64,000 bases of DNA from contig JAEHCQ010000007.1 of the NCBI GenBank assembly GCA_020696385.1, positions 1 through 64,000 on the forward strand, read 5' to 3'. The translations under genes and the position numbers were made by a program. Of the stretch, positions 1 through 10,621 are shown in pieces (the stretch's first letter is position 1; each line of letters begins with the position of its first letter). The notes under the pieces were generated by a model. It saw nothing but the letters and a program-made list of their open reading frames with translations. It was not told the DNA's origin and searched no databases. The stretch comes from Methanobacteriota archaeon (GTDB lineage Archaea > Thermoplasmatota > Thermoplasmata > SG8-5 > JAGLSY01).

Positions 1-445
<445 letters not shown>

Positions 446-919
446 ACGTAATTCATTTCAATGATGTCTTCGGGCATTGTTGAAAGCTGTTAAACAGCAG
501 AGTGGTCGATTTGTACCTGTAAAGGTATATTATCGTCCGCTCACCTGTTTGTGGTTTTGCACTTGTGTGAAACCATAAAGTCAAATAGCAATATTTGACT
601 CAATCAGTAATACAGAATTACCTTTTACGTCTACAGAGCCATGATTTATCATGGGTCAAGACTTAAATAAACAATCTTAGGATTGTTTCATTTGTGTGTA
701 AATAACAGGATCGGGTATAAACAAGCTTAATCAGCTTAAAAATATCTGTTCTGTGTCAATGTCTGGTCAATTTCCTGATCGAAGTTCATAATATGGTATT
801 CAAGCACTAAATTCGTCGAACGTTTGTAATTTTTTTACATGGCTAATGTAAATTAGATCAACTTATATTTAGAAAGTAAGCAAACCTTTTTTATAACCCT
901 TGTAACATCTGCGCACTCC

Positions 920-2989
920 ATGACTTGCCTCATAATATGCGAGAAAAACAATGCGGCACAAAGAATATCGACTATTCTTTCCTCCGGAAAGTACAATAAG
1001 ACTTTTGTAAACAAAGTTCCAGTGTTCAGATTCGCGTACAATAAGAAAGATTGTACGGTAGTTGGTCTTCGGGGTCATATTCTGGGACTGGATTACCCAC
1101 CAGAGTTCAAGAGATGGCAGCTCCATAATTTGGAGGAGCTGGCAAAGACAGATCCAATAAAAAAGCCAACTGTCGGATCCATCGCATCCGCTCTAAAGAC
1201 CGTATCGTCGGGCATTGAGGAAATTATTATCGCTACAGATTTTGACCGTGAGGGAGAACTGATAGGTGCGGAAGCCCTGGAGATCGTGCAAAAGAAAGGC
1301 ATGACGATAAAAAGGGCCAGGTTCAGCGCTTTGACAAAACCCGAGGTGGAGAATGCCTTCGAGAATCTTATTGACGTTGATATGAACCTTGCAAAGGCCG
1401 CGGAGACCAGGCAAATTATAGATCTTGCCTGGGGAGCCGCTCTCACAAGGTTCGTTTCCATAGTATCGGATCAGACCGGCAGAGATTTCCTTTCGGTTGG
1501 TCGCGTACAGAGTCCGACTCTCGCATTGGTCGTCGATCGTGAGATGGAGATAGAGAAGTTCGACCCAAAGGCTTTCTGGGAAATATCCGCAAACCTTGAA
1601 AAAAAGGATGAAAAGGGTACTTTCACAGCAAAGCATGACCATGGCATATTCTGGGAGACAGAAGAGGCAAGCAAGGCCTTCGCCCTGGTAGAAAAGGCGA
1701 AGGAGGCAAAAATTGGCAAGGTGGTGAAGGAAGAGAAGAAAGACTATCCACCAAACCCCTTCAGCACAACACAGTTCCTGCTGGATGCCAACAGGATGGG
1801 CATATCACCCGCAAGGGCGATGAACGTTGCGGAATCCCTTTACACAGAGGGTTTCATAAGCTATCCAAGGACCGACAACACGGTCTATCCCAAGAGCTTA
1901 CCGATCAAGAGAATACTTCAGGACCTTGTGATGAACTCCGATCTATCAAAAGAAGCGGAGTCGATATTATCGCAGGGCAGCATCAGACCCACCAGGGGAA
2001 AGAAGGAGACCACGGATCACCCGCCTATACACCCTGTTTCCGGAGCCAAGAAAAGTAAGTTAGTGGGCGAAAGATGGGCCATATACGAGCTCGTGACGAG
2101 AAGGTTCCTCGCCACTCTGGCCCAGGCTGCGGAGGTCGTGCTCACCAATGCAGAAGTGGACATAGATGGTGAGAAGTTCAAGGCACAGGGCCACAATACC
2201 ACCTACAGAGGATGGTATGACATTTACACATATTACAAGATAAAGGATACTTTCATTCCCGATCTTAAAGAAGGCGAGCTTGTACCTATCATCCAGGTTA
2301 TGAAAAGAGAGAGCAAGACAAAGCCACCGAACCGCTTCAACCAGGGTTCGGTCATCAAGGAGATGGAAAACCTGGGACTTGGTACAAAAAGTACCAGGCA
2401 CGAGATCATCCAGAAGCTGTACGATAGAAGATACATCGATGGGACCCAGCTCCAGCCAACGACTACAGGAAGAGCACTGATCAAGGCTTTGGAGGAAAGC
2501 GCGGAGCAGATCACCCAGCACGAGATGACCAGCACACTGGAAGAGGACATGGAGCTTGTCGCGCAGGGAAAGAAGAAGATGGAAGAAGTTATCGATGAAT
2601 CAAAAGGCATGCTTCTACGATCCCTCAAGACCCTGGAGAAGAACAAGGACAAGGTGCGCAAGGAGATCAAAGACGCATTGAACAAGCAGTCCTTTATCGC
2701 GGATTGTCCGAGTTGCGATGGTGGCCAGCTCATGATCAGATGGTCGAAGAGAGGAAAGCGATTCGTAGGCTGCTCAGGCTACCCCGCTTGCAGCAATACT
2801 TATGCACTTCCACAGTCAGGTCTTGTAGTTCCGCATGAGGAGAAGTGCGACAGATGCGGAACACCGGCCATCAAGCTCATCAATAAGGGGCGAAAGCCTG
2901 CAAAATTATGCCTTGACCTGGATTGCCAGATCAAGGAGAACAGCAAGAACGGCAGGGGTAGGAACAAGAAGGCTCCGGCAAAGAAGTAG
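920..2989 (+). CDS. topA: DNA topoisomerase IA
   Basis: Toprim motif IATDFDREGE, SVGRVQSPTL, catalytic ISYPRTD, C-terminal Zn ribbons. Confidence 0.96.
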   Translation: MTCLIICEKNNAAQRISTILSSGKYNKTFVNKVPVFRFAYNKKDCTVVGLRGHILGLDYPPEFKRWQLHNLEELAKTDPIKKPTVGSIASALKTVSSGIEEIIIATDFDREGELIGAEALEIVQKKGMTIKRARFSALTKPEVENAFENLIDVDMNLAKAAETRQIIDLAWGAALTRFVSIVSDQTGRDFLSVGRVQSPTLALVVDREMEIEKFDPKAFWEISANLEKKDEKGTFTAKHDHGIFWETEEASKAFALVEKAKEAKIGKVVKEEKKDYPPNPFSTTQFLLDANRMGISPARAMNVAESLYTEGFISYPRTDNTVYPKSLPIKRILQDLVMNSDLSKEAESILSQGSIRPTRGKKETTDHPPIHPVSGAKKSKLVGERWAIYELVTRRFLATLAQAAEVVLTNAEVDIDGEKFKAQGHNTTYRGWYDIYTYYKIKDTFIPDLKEGELVPIIQVMKRESKTKPPNRFNQGSVIKEMENLGLGTKSTRHEIIQKLYDRRYIDGTQLQPTTTGRALIKALEESAEQITQHEMTSTLEEDMELVAQGKKKMEEVIDESKGMLLRSLKTLEKNKDKVRKEIKDALNKQSFIADCPSCDGGQLMIRWSKRGKRFVGCSGYPACSNTYALPQSGLVVPHEEKCDRCGTPAIKLINKGRKPAKLCLDLDCQIKENSKNGRGRNKKAPAKK

Positions 2990-3022
2990 GTACATTTACC
3001 TGCGATGATGTTGCCAACTGCA

Positions 3023-3304
3023 TTTGTTAGTGTAGCATATTCTCAACAATGTATATGCAAATCCATGCGAGCATGCCCCAGGGCGAGTGTATTTTGCGTA
3101 AAATGCGCAAAATAATAGTTCGAGAAGCACAGTGATTCGAACTATGACGCAGACCTGGGGTACTATATTCTATATCTCAGTGAGTGACCAGCAATGACCC
3201 TGCAAAAAAGATTTACCACTCGCTTTCAAATACGAGTGGTCAAATAGAGCCCCGCCAGGAATCCAATGATGGGCGGGGGCCTTATCCAAACCCAGTTTAA
3301 CAAA
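3023..3304. repeat. Structured dispersed repeat, copy A (TTTGTTA...TAACAAA ends), with an extra two-hairpin insert of about 56 nt
   Basis: Its reverse complement aligns over the whole length with 16917-17142. Shared blocks include CCCCGCCCATC, TCCTGGCGGGGCT, TTGAAAGCGAGTGGT and GGGGCATGCTCG. Confidence 0.9.
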
Positions 3305-3319
3305 CCTCATCCACACCCA

Positions 3320-3691
3320 TCACAAATACGTAATAGCCGCCCCGATACCGATCATAATGCACCCAGCTATTGCCATCAATACCATGAATATGAATTGACT
3401 ATCCCTTCTGCCAGATCTCTCAGTCCTCATTTTTTCGTAGTAATTGCTGTGATGAGTTCCATACATGGTAGCCGCGCCCTGAATGGACTTCTCGGATCCT
3501 CCACCACCTACCAATGCTCCGATACCCATGATCAATACACCGGAGAGGAACATAGCGTATGAGAAGGCTGTGGTGAAATCACTCTCGCTCTCCATGGCGA
3601 ATATGACTGACACGATTATCGCGATGATCACTGTAGCCAGTATGATCTTCATGAATAACTTCAATATCTTTTTTATCGGACTCTCTTCCAT
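3320..3691 (-). CDS. Small membrane protein, hypothetical (3 TM)
   Basis: Three hydrophobic segments. Start moved to ATG 3691, which follows an AGGTG SD-like motif. Confidence 0.7.
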   Translation of the reverse strand: MEESPIKKILKLFMKIILATVIIAIIVSVIFAMESESDFTTAFSYAMFLSGVLIMGIGALVGGGGSEKSIQGAATMYGTHHSNYYEKMRTERSGRRDSQFIFMVLMAIAGCIMIGIGAAITYL

Positions 3692-3827
3692 GACACCTGA
3701 TCTGCTTATGCATATATAGAGGTTATTTGGGCATACCGCGGGGATGCCCATGAATTGGGATGCTCAGTATTACAGAAAGATTGACCTCCCCCAGTATCAT
3801 GAGTCCAAAGATAGAGTGTTGGATATC

Positions 3828-4295
3828 TTACCAGACGATACTTTCCATTATGTCCTCGACATATCTTTCACAGTAAATACACTTTAGTCTTATTTCCGAG
3901 CCATTCTCCACGCTGAACTCCGAGACAATAGGCTCTTTTTTATTGGTTATACAATTCGGATTGGAGCACTTGACGATCTCCATCACCTTCTTTGGAAGGG
4001 ATACCTGCATTTTTTTCGTGACCTCGGTATCCTTGATGATGATAATGGTCGCATTTGGCGCGATCAATGCGATCTTGTCCACTTCCTTCCGCTTCAATTC
4101 ACGATCTTCGATCTTCACAAGGTCCTTGAAGCCCATCTTCTTGCTGCTCACATACATGGCGATGGAGATGGAAGAATGCGATCCAGTTTCAGGGATATCA
4201 AGTATCCTGCAGACCTTGAGAGCCATTCCACCAGGTATATGATCGATGGCTGTGCCATTGCTAATTGGTGTTATCTTCATTTCCTTCTTAGGCAA
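3828..4295 (-). CDS. pyrI: Aspartate carbamoyltransferase regulatory subunit
   Basis: NGTAIDHI, KDLVKIE, Zn motifs CSNPNCITN and CIYCE; abuts pyrB. Confidence 0.96.
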   Translation of the reverse strand: MPKKEMKITPISNGTAIDHIPGGMALKVCRILDIPETGSHSSISIAMYVSSKKMGFKDLVKIEDRELKRKEVDKIALIAPNATIIIIKDTEVTKKMQVSLPKKVMEIVKCSNPNCITNKKEPIVSEFSVENGSEIRLKCIYCERYVEDIMESIVW

Positions 4296-5222
4296 TTACA
4301 CCACCCCCGAGACAAGGGCCAATAAGGCCATTCTAACAGGTACACCATTGAAGGCTTGTCTGAAATAAGCAGAGTGAACTGTAGCATCAACCTCAGGTGG
4401 TATCTCATTCACCCTTGGAAGTGGGTGCATGATCCTCATGGTCTGCTTCGCATCCTTTATCATGTCCAGATCCAATCTGTATGAGCCGGCGACCTTGATA
4501 TACTCTGCAGGATCCGGGAATCTCTCTTTTTGGATACGGGTCACGTAAATGATATCACTGTCAGGTATCACGCTTTCCAGGTCATCCGAGATTACTGGCT
4601 CAGCCCCCTCATCTTCCAGGTGCTTTATCACTTCACCAGGCATCTTCAAGGTCTTTGGAGAAACAAAAGTTAGATTGGTATCGAACATGGCCAGGGCATG
4701 AGCAAGAGAGTGGGCTGTCCGGCCATATCTCAGATCGCCGACGAGGGCTATGTTCTTGCCCTCGATGGATCCCAATTCGTCCTTGATCGTAAATAGATCT
4801 AGAAGTGTCTGGGTCGGATGCTGGCCTGCACCATCGCCAGCATTTATCACTGGTTGTTTGGAGAATTGAGCGGCCAATCTGGCCGATCCTTCCTGAGGAT
4901 GTCTCAGAACAACAATATCGGAATAGGCTTCTGCCATCCGGATCGTGTCGGCCAGTGTTTCACCTTTTGTCGCCGAAGTACCCTTGGCATCTGTGAATCC
5001 GAGTGTGGACCCGCCAAGGCGAAGCATCGCAGCTTTGAATGATAGATTTGTTCGTGTAGATGGCTCATAGAAAAGAGTTGCCAGTATCTTTCCCTTCATC
5101 AGCTCATTGGTCTCCTGGCCCTTAGCCGCAGGTACCATGGTCTCGGCCACAGATAAAATATGTTCAATCTCTTTCCTGGAAAAATCCCGAATGGACACAA
5201 CGTCCTTGCCCTTGAAGCTCAT
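4296..5222 (-). CDS. pyrB: Aspartate carbamoyltransferase catalytic subunit
   Basis: FYEPSTRT, HPTQTLLD, GDLRYGRT, MHPLPR. Start trimmed to ATG 5222. Confidence 0.97.
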   Translation of the reverse strand: MSFKGKDVVSIRDFSRKEIEHILSVAETMVPAAKGQETNELMKGKILATLFYEPSTRTNLSFKAAMLRLGGSTLGFTDAKGTSATKGETLADTIRMAEAYSDIVVLRHPQEGSARLAAQFSKQPVINAGDGAGQHPTQTLLDLFTIKDELGSIEGKNIALVGDLRYGRTAHSLAHALAMFDTNLTFVSPKTLKMPGEVIKHLEDEGAEPVISDDLESVIPDSDIIYVTRIQKERFPDPAEYIKVAGSYRLDLDMIKDAKQTMRIMHPLPRVNEIPPEVDATVHSAYFRQAFNGVPVRMALLALVSGVV

Positions 5223-5393
5223 CGGGCATTGTAATTGACTTTTCATTTAATATGCTTTGCTTTGGTCTATGCCAAATACGGATAATATGCTGGCCTTGTA
5301 TAATTGATATCATAATAATGAACCTGGCCCAATGAGAGTTATATCCAAGATAGAATGATAACTAATATCTAATGATAGAATTATCAGGAACCG

Positions 5394-6110
5394 ATGAGCC
5401 CCGACCATAAATCAAAGTTCTCGGTCATGAAGACCTATGATTCCATTGCCAAACACTTCGATGTGACCAGATACAAACCCTGGCCAGAGACAATCAAGTT
5501 CGCCGAGAGGCTTAGGTCAGGATCCCTGGTGCTTGACTTAGGTTGCGGCAATGGACGCAACCTAAGATTCCTGATATCCAAAGGAATGAAGGTCATGGGC
5601 ATGGACATATCTGTGGGGCAGCTGGATATCGCCATTGGAAGAGCGGAGAAAGAAGTGCCAGATGGTGAATATGGCTTTGCCATCGGGGATGTGGAGCATG
5701 TGCCAGTCAAGAACAGTTCGATGGACGCCGTGATCTATATCGCCACCCTGCATCATCTGACAAGCTCGGAGGCCAGGCTTACCTCCATGAATGAAGCATG
5801 GAGAGCTCTGAAGCCCGGCGGAGTGTGCCTTGTCAGCGCATGGGCTCGTGAGCAGGAGAAATTCCAGGGCGAACTAAAGTATGGCCAGCACGATATCGGA
5901 GAGGATTGGGAAGAGGGGGATATCCTGCTTCCATGGACATTGAAGAATGAAGGTGATGCCAAAAATGGCAAAAAATTCATGAGATATTATCATCTTTATT
6001 CAGAAAAAGAGTTCGATGACATGCTCGAGGCAACTGCATTCAAAGTACTGGACAGGTATATCGCTTGCGATAATCATTATGCTATTTTGCAAAAAACAAT
6101 TGATCAATAA
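5394..6110 (+). CDS. Class I SAM methyltransferase, Trm9/ALKBH8-like (probable tRNA wobble-U methyltransferase)
   Basis: VLDLGCGNG, YDSIAKHFDVTRYKPWP, IATLHHL, RYYHLY. Confidence 0.75.
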   Translation: MSPDHKSKFSVMKTYDSIAKHFDVTRYKPWPETIKFAERLRSGSLVLDLGCGNGRNLRFLISKGMKVMGMDISVGQLDIAIGRAEKEVPDGEYGFAIGDVEHVPVKNSSMDAVIYIATLHHLTSSEARLTSMNEAWRALKPGGVCLVSAWAREQEKFQGELKYGQHDIGEDWEEGDILLPWTLKNEGDAKNGKKFMRYYHLYSEKEFDDMLEATAFKVLDRYIACDNHYAILQKTIDQ

Positions 6111-6205
6111 AGTAGTAGATTACCAATTATTGTTATATATAAGAAGGACTATCGGGCAAAAAACGGTACATAACCGTTGAAGAAAAAAGTAAGGATGGTG
6201 TATAT

Positions 6206-8668
6206 ATGTTACTAGAAGGAGCCAGTGACTTTGAAGTAATAGCGTTGTGGATAACCCTTGTCGTTGCATGTTCAGGATTACTGTACGCATATCTCTTGAA
6301 AAGGTGGGTGGACAAACAAGATAATGGAACCCCCAAGATGCAGGAGATATCCGGATGGATCCAGGAAGGCGCAGAGGCTTATCTGAGAAAGCAATTGAAG
6401 ACCGTATTGGTCGTAGTTGGTGTACTTGCCATAGCCCTCTTCATGACGGCCTATGCGGGAAGGCCAGATAATTTTACAGGTACCGATAGTGAGTGGATGC
6501 TCATATCATGGGGCCGTATGTTGGCATTCCTTATGGGTGCGGGCTTTTCGGCCGCAGTGGGATACTACGGCATGAGAATGGCTGTAAAGGCCAATGTCAA
6601 GGTCGCCCAGGCAGCCAGGTCCAGCCTGAGAGAGGCTGTTACCATCGGTTACAGGACAGGAACCATCGTGGGTATGCTCACAGACGGTCTGGGTCTTCTT
6701 GGTGGTGTCGTCATATTTATGTTATTCGATGTCCATGCCCCAGAAGTTCTTCTGGGATTCGGATTCGGAGGAACTCTCATAGCTCTCTTCATGAGGGTCG
6801 GCGGTGGTATATTTACCAAGGCCGCGGATGTGGGAGCTGACCTGGTCGGCAAGATGGAAAAAGGTCTTCCAGAGGACGATCCAAGGAACGCCGCTGTTAT
6901 AGCCGATAATGTCGGTGACAATGTCGGTGACTGCGCCGGAATGGCCGCAGATATATTCGAATCATACGAAGTTACAATGGTCTCAGCAATGATACTTGGT
7001 CTGGCTGCCTTCGCTGGCAACCACGAATACCAGTACATCGCTGTCGTATTCCCACTTCTCGTCAGGGCTGTCGGTGTTATCGCATCCATTATCGGAACAT
7101 ACGCGGTAAGATCCAAATCAGAAAAGGAGAATGTGATGAAGTCCATTCACCGTGGCTATGTCCTTTCAGCTTTCCTATCGATAGGTGGTTTCGTGGCACT
7201 TGCTGTCTTCTGGGTAGAAGGAGCATTGAGCGGCCATCCGACCATAGATAATCTTGGTTACAAGTTCGCAGCCGCAACAGGAGCCGGTATAGTAATGGCC
7301 CTTGTGCTCAATTATGTTACAGAGTATTTCACAACCACAGAAGCGAAACCAGTCAGAGAGATCGCCAAGGCGACCGAGACTGGATCAGCTACAACGATCC
7401 TGAGTGGTCTTGGATGGGGAATGGAAAGCAGTGTATGGGCCTTGCTCGTCATAGTAGGCGCGATGGTCGCATCTGCAATGATCTTCCCAACAGATCAGCC
7501 TTTCATGGTAGCATATGGTGTATCACTCTGTGGTATCGGTATGTTGACATTGACTGGAAATACAATCTCAATGGATACCTTCGGTCCGATCGCAGATAAT
7601 GCGAACGGCATCGGAGAGATGGCTGGGCTTGAGCCAGAGGCCAGAAAGAGAATGGACGAGATGGACGCTGTCGGAAACACAACAAAGGCAATAACAAAGG
7701 GAATTGCCATTGGTTCTGCTGTGATCGCGGCCGTGAGTTTGTTCATGGATTTCATAGTCAGGGCAGCTGACGCAGGAAGTGAATTATTAACGGTCGAAGG
7801 TGGAACGATCACCAACCATGTTATTATCAGTACACCAATTTACTTCGCCGCACTACTTATCGGTGGAGCAATACCATTCCTGTTCAGTGCAATGTGTATC
7901 AGAGCAGTGGAGAAAGCAGCTGGCCTCATAGTTCTCGAGGTCAGACATCAATTCGCAACCATCAAAGGGCTTTGGGAAGGTACAGCAAAACCAGACTACG
8001 AAAAGCCTGTGGAGATAGCCACAGCAGCAGCCCAGAAAGAATTGGTCGGCCTCGCTATCCTTGCAATTCTCTCACCAATAATCGTTGGTTTGATATTCAA
8101 TGAAGTAGCACTCGGTGCTTTCCTCGCAGGAGCTATTCTTTCAGCACAGCTCATGGCTGTGTTCATGTCCAATGCTGGAGGAGCATGGGACAATGCAAAG
8201 AAATATGTAGAGGATGGCCATCACGGTGGAAAGGGCTCGGATGCCCACATGGCCAGTATCGTCGGTGACACGGTCGGTGACCCGCTAAAGGATACAGCGG
8301 GACCAGCTTTGAATCCAATGGTGAAGGTCATAAACCTCATAGCAGTTCTGATCGTGCCAGTTGTTGTCAAGTTCAATATCGGAGCACTTAAAGATGATCC
8401 TGTTTCGATGATGTTCACCATAGCCGGTATCGGTATGATGATATTTGGAATCGCATGGGCGGTCTCTATGAGCAAGAAGCCAGCAAAACAAGTAAAGAGA
8501 AAGGGCAAAAAACCAAAAAAACAGAAGCCAGCAAAGCCCGCTACAGAACCAAAAGAAATGGAGGAGCCTACTTACGAGGAGGCTCCACCAACTCCTCCTG
8601 TCAATGAACCAGCACCTCCACAAGAGACAGAAGCAGAGGAGATCCCAATACAATTGGAAACCCAGTAG
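6206..8668 (+). CDS. hppA: Membrane pyrophosphatase, K+-independent H+-pumping type
   Basis: GGIFTKAADVGADLVGK, DNVGDNVGD, GNTTKA (Lys at the K+-dependence position), GDTVGDPLKDTAGP. Confidence 0.95.
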   Translation: MLLEGASDFEVIALWITLVVACSGLLYAYLLKRWVDKQDNGTPKMQEISGWIQEGAEAYLRKQLKTVLVVVGVLAIALFMTAYAGRPDNFTGTDSEWMLISWGRMLAFLMGAGFSAAVGYYGMRMAVKANVKVAQAARSSLREAVTIGYRTGTIVGMLTDGLGLLGGVVIFMLFDVHAPEVLLGFGFGGTLIALFMRVGGGIFTKAADVGADLVGKMEKGLPEDDPRNAAVIADNVGDNVGDCAGMAADIFESYEVTMVSAMILGLAAFAGNHEYQYIAVVFPLLVRAVGVIASIIGTYAVRSKSEKENVMKSIHRGYVLSAFLSIGGFVALAVFWVEGALSGHPTIDNLGYKFAAATGAGIVMALVLNYVTEYFTTTEAKPVREIAKATETGSATTILSGLGWGMESSVWALLVIVGAMVASAMIFPTDQPFMVAYGVSLCGIGMLTLTGNTISMDTFGPIADNANGIGEMAGLEPEARKRMDEMDAVGNTTKAITKGIAIGSAVIAAVSLFMDFIVRAADAGSELLTVEGGTITNHVIISTPIYFAALLIGGAIPFLFSAMCIRAVEKAAGLIVLEVRHQFATIKGLWEGTAKPDYEKPVEIATAAAQKELVGLAILAILSPIIVGLIFNEVALGAFLAGAILSAQLMAVFMSNAGGAWDNAKKYVEDGHHGGKGSDAHMASIVGDTVGDPLKDTAGPALNPMVKVINLIAVLIVPVVVKFNIGALKDDPVSMMFTIAGIGMMIFGIAWAVSMSKKPAKQVKRKGKKPKKQKPAKPATEPKEMEEPTYEEAPPTPPVNEPAPPQETEAEEIPIQLETQ

Positions 8669-8686
8669 AATTCAAGACGTGATATC

Positions 8687-9244
8687 ATGTATCTGAAAGT
8701 AAGAAGACAAGATGTGGTCAGGATAGCGCCAGAGCGCCTTGGCGAAGACATGGACAAGCTTGCAGAGGAGCTCACACAGCAGACCTTTGAAGGAAAGATC
8801 GTGGGCGACAGAAGCCTTATAGTCCTAACTGCCAATATAAAAATAGAAGGCGATGGCAGGATAGTCCATGGTGACGGAGCTGTGTACCAGAACGTATCTT
8901 ATGATGCAATTACCTTCAAACTGGAGAACCAGGAAGTTATTGAGGGAACTGTGTGCGAGGTATTGAAGTTCGGTGCTTTCATAAGATTCGGACCATTGGA
9001 TGGTCTCCTTCACATAAGCCAGGTCATGGATGATCATATAGACATCGATGGCGACAATCAGAGGCTCATAGGAAAAGAATCAAAAAGAGACCTCAAATCC
9101 GATGCCAATGTTCGCGCAAGGATAGTCACCGTCAGTGTCAATGAAAGAAGTCCAAGAGAGAGCAAGATCGGCCTGACAATGAGACAGACTGGACTTGGCA
9201 AGCTCGAATGGATCGAAGAAGACCTGAACAAGAAGGAGGAGTGA
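8687..9244 (+). CDS. rpo7: RNA polymerase subunit E' (Rpo7)
   Basis: GRIVHGDGAVY, S1 domain FGPLDGLLHISQVMDD, KIGLTMRQ. Confidence 0.95.
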   Translation: MYLKVRRQDVVRIAPERLGEDMDKLAEELTQQTFEGKIVGDRSLIVLTANIKIEGDGRIVHGDGAVYQNVSYDAITFKLENQEVIEGTVCEVLKFGAFIRFGPLDGLLHISQVMDDHIDIDGDNQRLIGKESKRDLKSDANVRARIVTVSVNERSPRESKIGLTMRQTGLGKLEWIEEDLNKKEE

Positions 9245-9249
9245 TTTAT

Positions 9250-9438
9250 ATGGCCACGACCTTTAGAGCCTGTAAGAACTGCAGTGCCGTCACAGAAGAC
9301 GCAGAGTGTAATATCTGCGGCAGCCCCACGTCAAGAGAATGGCAGGGGTACATCATAATAGTCGATCATACTAAATCAGAGATCGCCAGAAGAATGGGGA
9401 TCGAGACAAATGGCAAGTTCGCACTCAGGGTCAGATGA
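9250..9438 (+). CDS. spt4: Transcription elongation factor Spt4 (RpoE'')
   Basis: ACKNC...CNICG...WQGYIII...SEIA...GKFALRVR; conserved position after rpo7. Confidence 0.93.
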   Translation: MATTFRACKNCSAVTEDAECNICGSPTSREWQGYIIIVDHTKSEIARRMGIETNGKFALRVR

Positions 9439-9940
9439 ACGCCGCTGGATACTTCCAGAGGATATGAGGGATGATCTGAAAGAGATCATCGGAGACATAC
9501 TGACAGAGAAAGAACTGGCAGATAGACTGGACACTGATAATCCCATCATAACTGTCGGTGATATCGTTACACTGACATTACTGGACATGGGAGTCGTTCC
9601 GGATCTATCAATAGTTGACTATCAGACACAAAGAGTACCCAGTGAGGAAATAAAGGAAAGACTGGGAAAATTTCACCAACAGGAGATTATAGTAAAATCT
9701 CCCGCTGGCGAGATAACAGGAGAGCTTTGGGACGCCATTGAAGATGGAATTAAAGATCCCAGACGCCTGAGAATAGTCGTGGATGGCGAGGAAGACCTTG
9801 CAGCGCTGGTCTGCATTTTGCTCGCCTCTGACGGCACAAGTGTAATATACGGCATCCCTTTTAAGGGGCTGATGCTTCTCTGTGTAGACGCCCACAAACG
9901 TGCGTATGCCAGAGAAATACTAACAAAAATGGAGATATGA
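9410..9940 (+). CDS. GTP-dependent dephospho-CoA kinase (DUF359)
   Basis: ITVGDIVT, VDYQTQR, VDGEEDLAAL, YGIP; conserved synteny. Confidence 0.88.
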   Translation: MASSHSGSDERRWILPEDMRDDLKEIIGDILTEKELADRLDTDNPIITVGDIVTLTLLDMGVVPDLSIVDYQTQRVPSEEIKERLGKFHQQEIIVKSPAGEITGELWDAIEDGIKDPRRLRIVVDGEEDLAALVCILLASDGTSVIYGIPFKGLMLLCVDAHKRAYAREILTKMEI

Positions 9941-10248
9941 GCATGGAGCTGAAGATCCTCGAGAAAAAGCAAAACGTTTTGCTGAACAGAACAGAAGTGG
10001 AGTTCGAACTCACCCACTCGAATGAGCAGACGCCAAAGAGAGATGTCGTCCGGGACATGATATCCAAAGAACTGAAGGCGACCAAGGACACTGTAGTCGT
10101 GGATAAGATAAGATCCGAATTCGGCAGGGGTATCAGTGTTGGGTATGCGAAGGTCTACACCTCGAAAGAGATCGCGACCAAGACAGAAAGAGATCACATT
10201 TTAAAGAGGAACAAGCTCTTTGAAGAGAAAAAGAAGAAGGAGGAGTGA
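9937..10248 (+). CDS. rps24e: 30S ribosomal protein S24e
   Basis: [26 protein letters not shown]. Confidence 0.95.
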   Translation: MSMELKILEKKQNVLLNRTEVEFELTHSNEQTPKRDVVRDMISKELKATKDTVVVDKIRSEFGRGISVGYAKVYTSKEIATKTERDHILKRNKLFEEKKKKEE

Positions 10249-10469
10249 ACTTGCCGAAACGAGATCTGTACAAAATAGAGGGCGACAAGCTAGTAAGAAC
10301 AAGAAGACACTGCCCGAAATGCGGTGAGGGAACGTTCCTGGCCGAGCACAAGGACAGGATCACATGTGGCCACTGCCAGTACACGGAGTTCAAAAACAAG
10401 ACCCCGAAGCCAGAGGCAGCAGCCAAGCCTGAGGCAAAACCAAAGGAAGATAAACCTGCTGACGCATAA
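10245..10469 (+). CDS. rps27ae: 30S ribosomal protein S27ae
   Basis: [26 protein letters not shown]. Confidence 0.95.
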   Translation: MNLPKRDLYKIEGDKLVRTRRHCPKCGEGTFLAEHKDRITCGHCQYTEFKNKTPKPEAAAKPEAKPKEDKPADA

Positions 10470-10505
10470 TTTTCACCAGGACCTCGGCCCACAGCCGAGG
10501 AGATT

Positions 10506-10621
10506 GGACCTGTAGTGTAGCCAGGATATCACTGGGGCCTCCGGTTTTATTTTACTTTCAGAGTAGTGAATGGATTAAAAGGGGAAAGCCTCGAACCCGG
10601 ATTCGAATTCCGGCAGGTCCG
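10506..10621 (+). tRNA. tRNA-Arg(CCG) with a 42-nt intron (10545-10586) at position 37/38
   Basis: Acceptor stem GGACCTG/CAGGTCC, anticodon stem GGGGC/GCCTC with loop CT-CCG-G|A, T arm CCGGA-TTCGAAT-TCCGG. Bulge-helix-bulge with CTCC pairing intron GGGG. Confidence 0.92.

Noticed and set aside
3023-3304. The 226/282-nt element as an integron attC site
   Set aside because: Its ends run GTT...AAC, the reverse of attC (AAC...GTT). It is multibranched rather than one long hairpin, and no integrase is present.
9435-9467. 10-aa ORF with ATGA overlaps after spt4
   Set aside because: It lies over the conserved N-terminus (LPEDMR..LK) of DUF359. This shows that short bridge-like ORFs can arise by chance.
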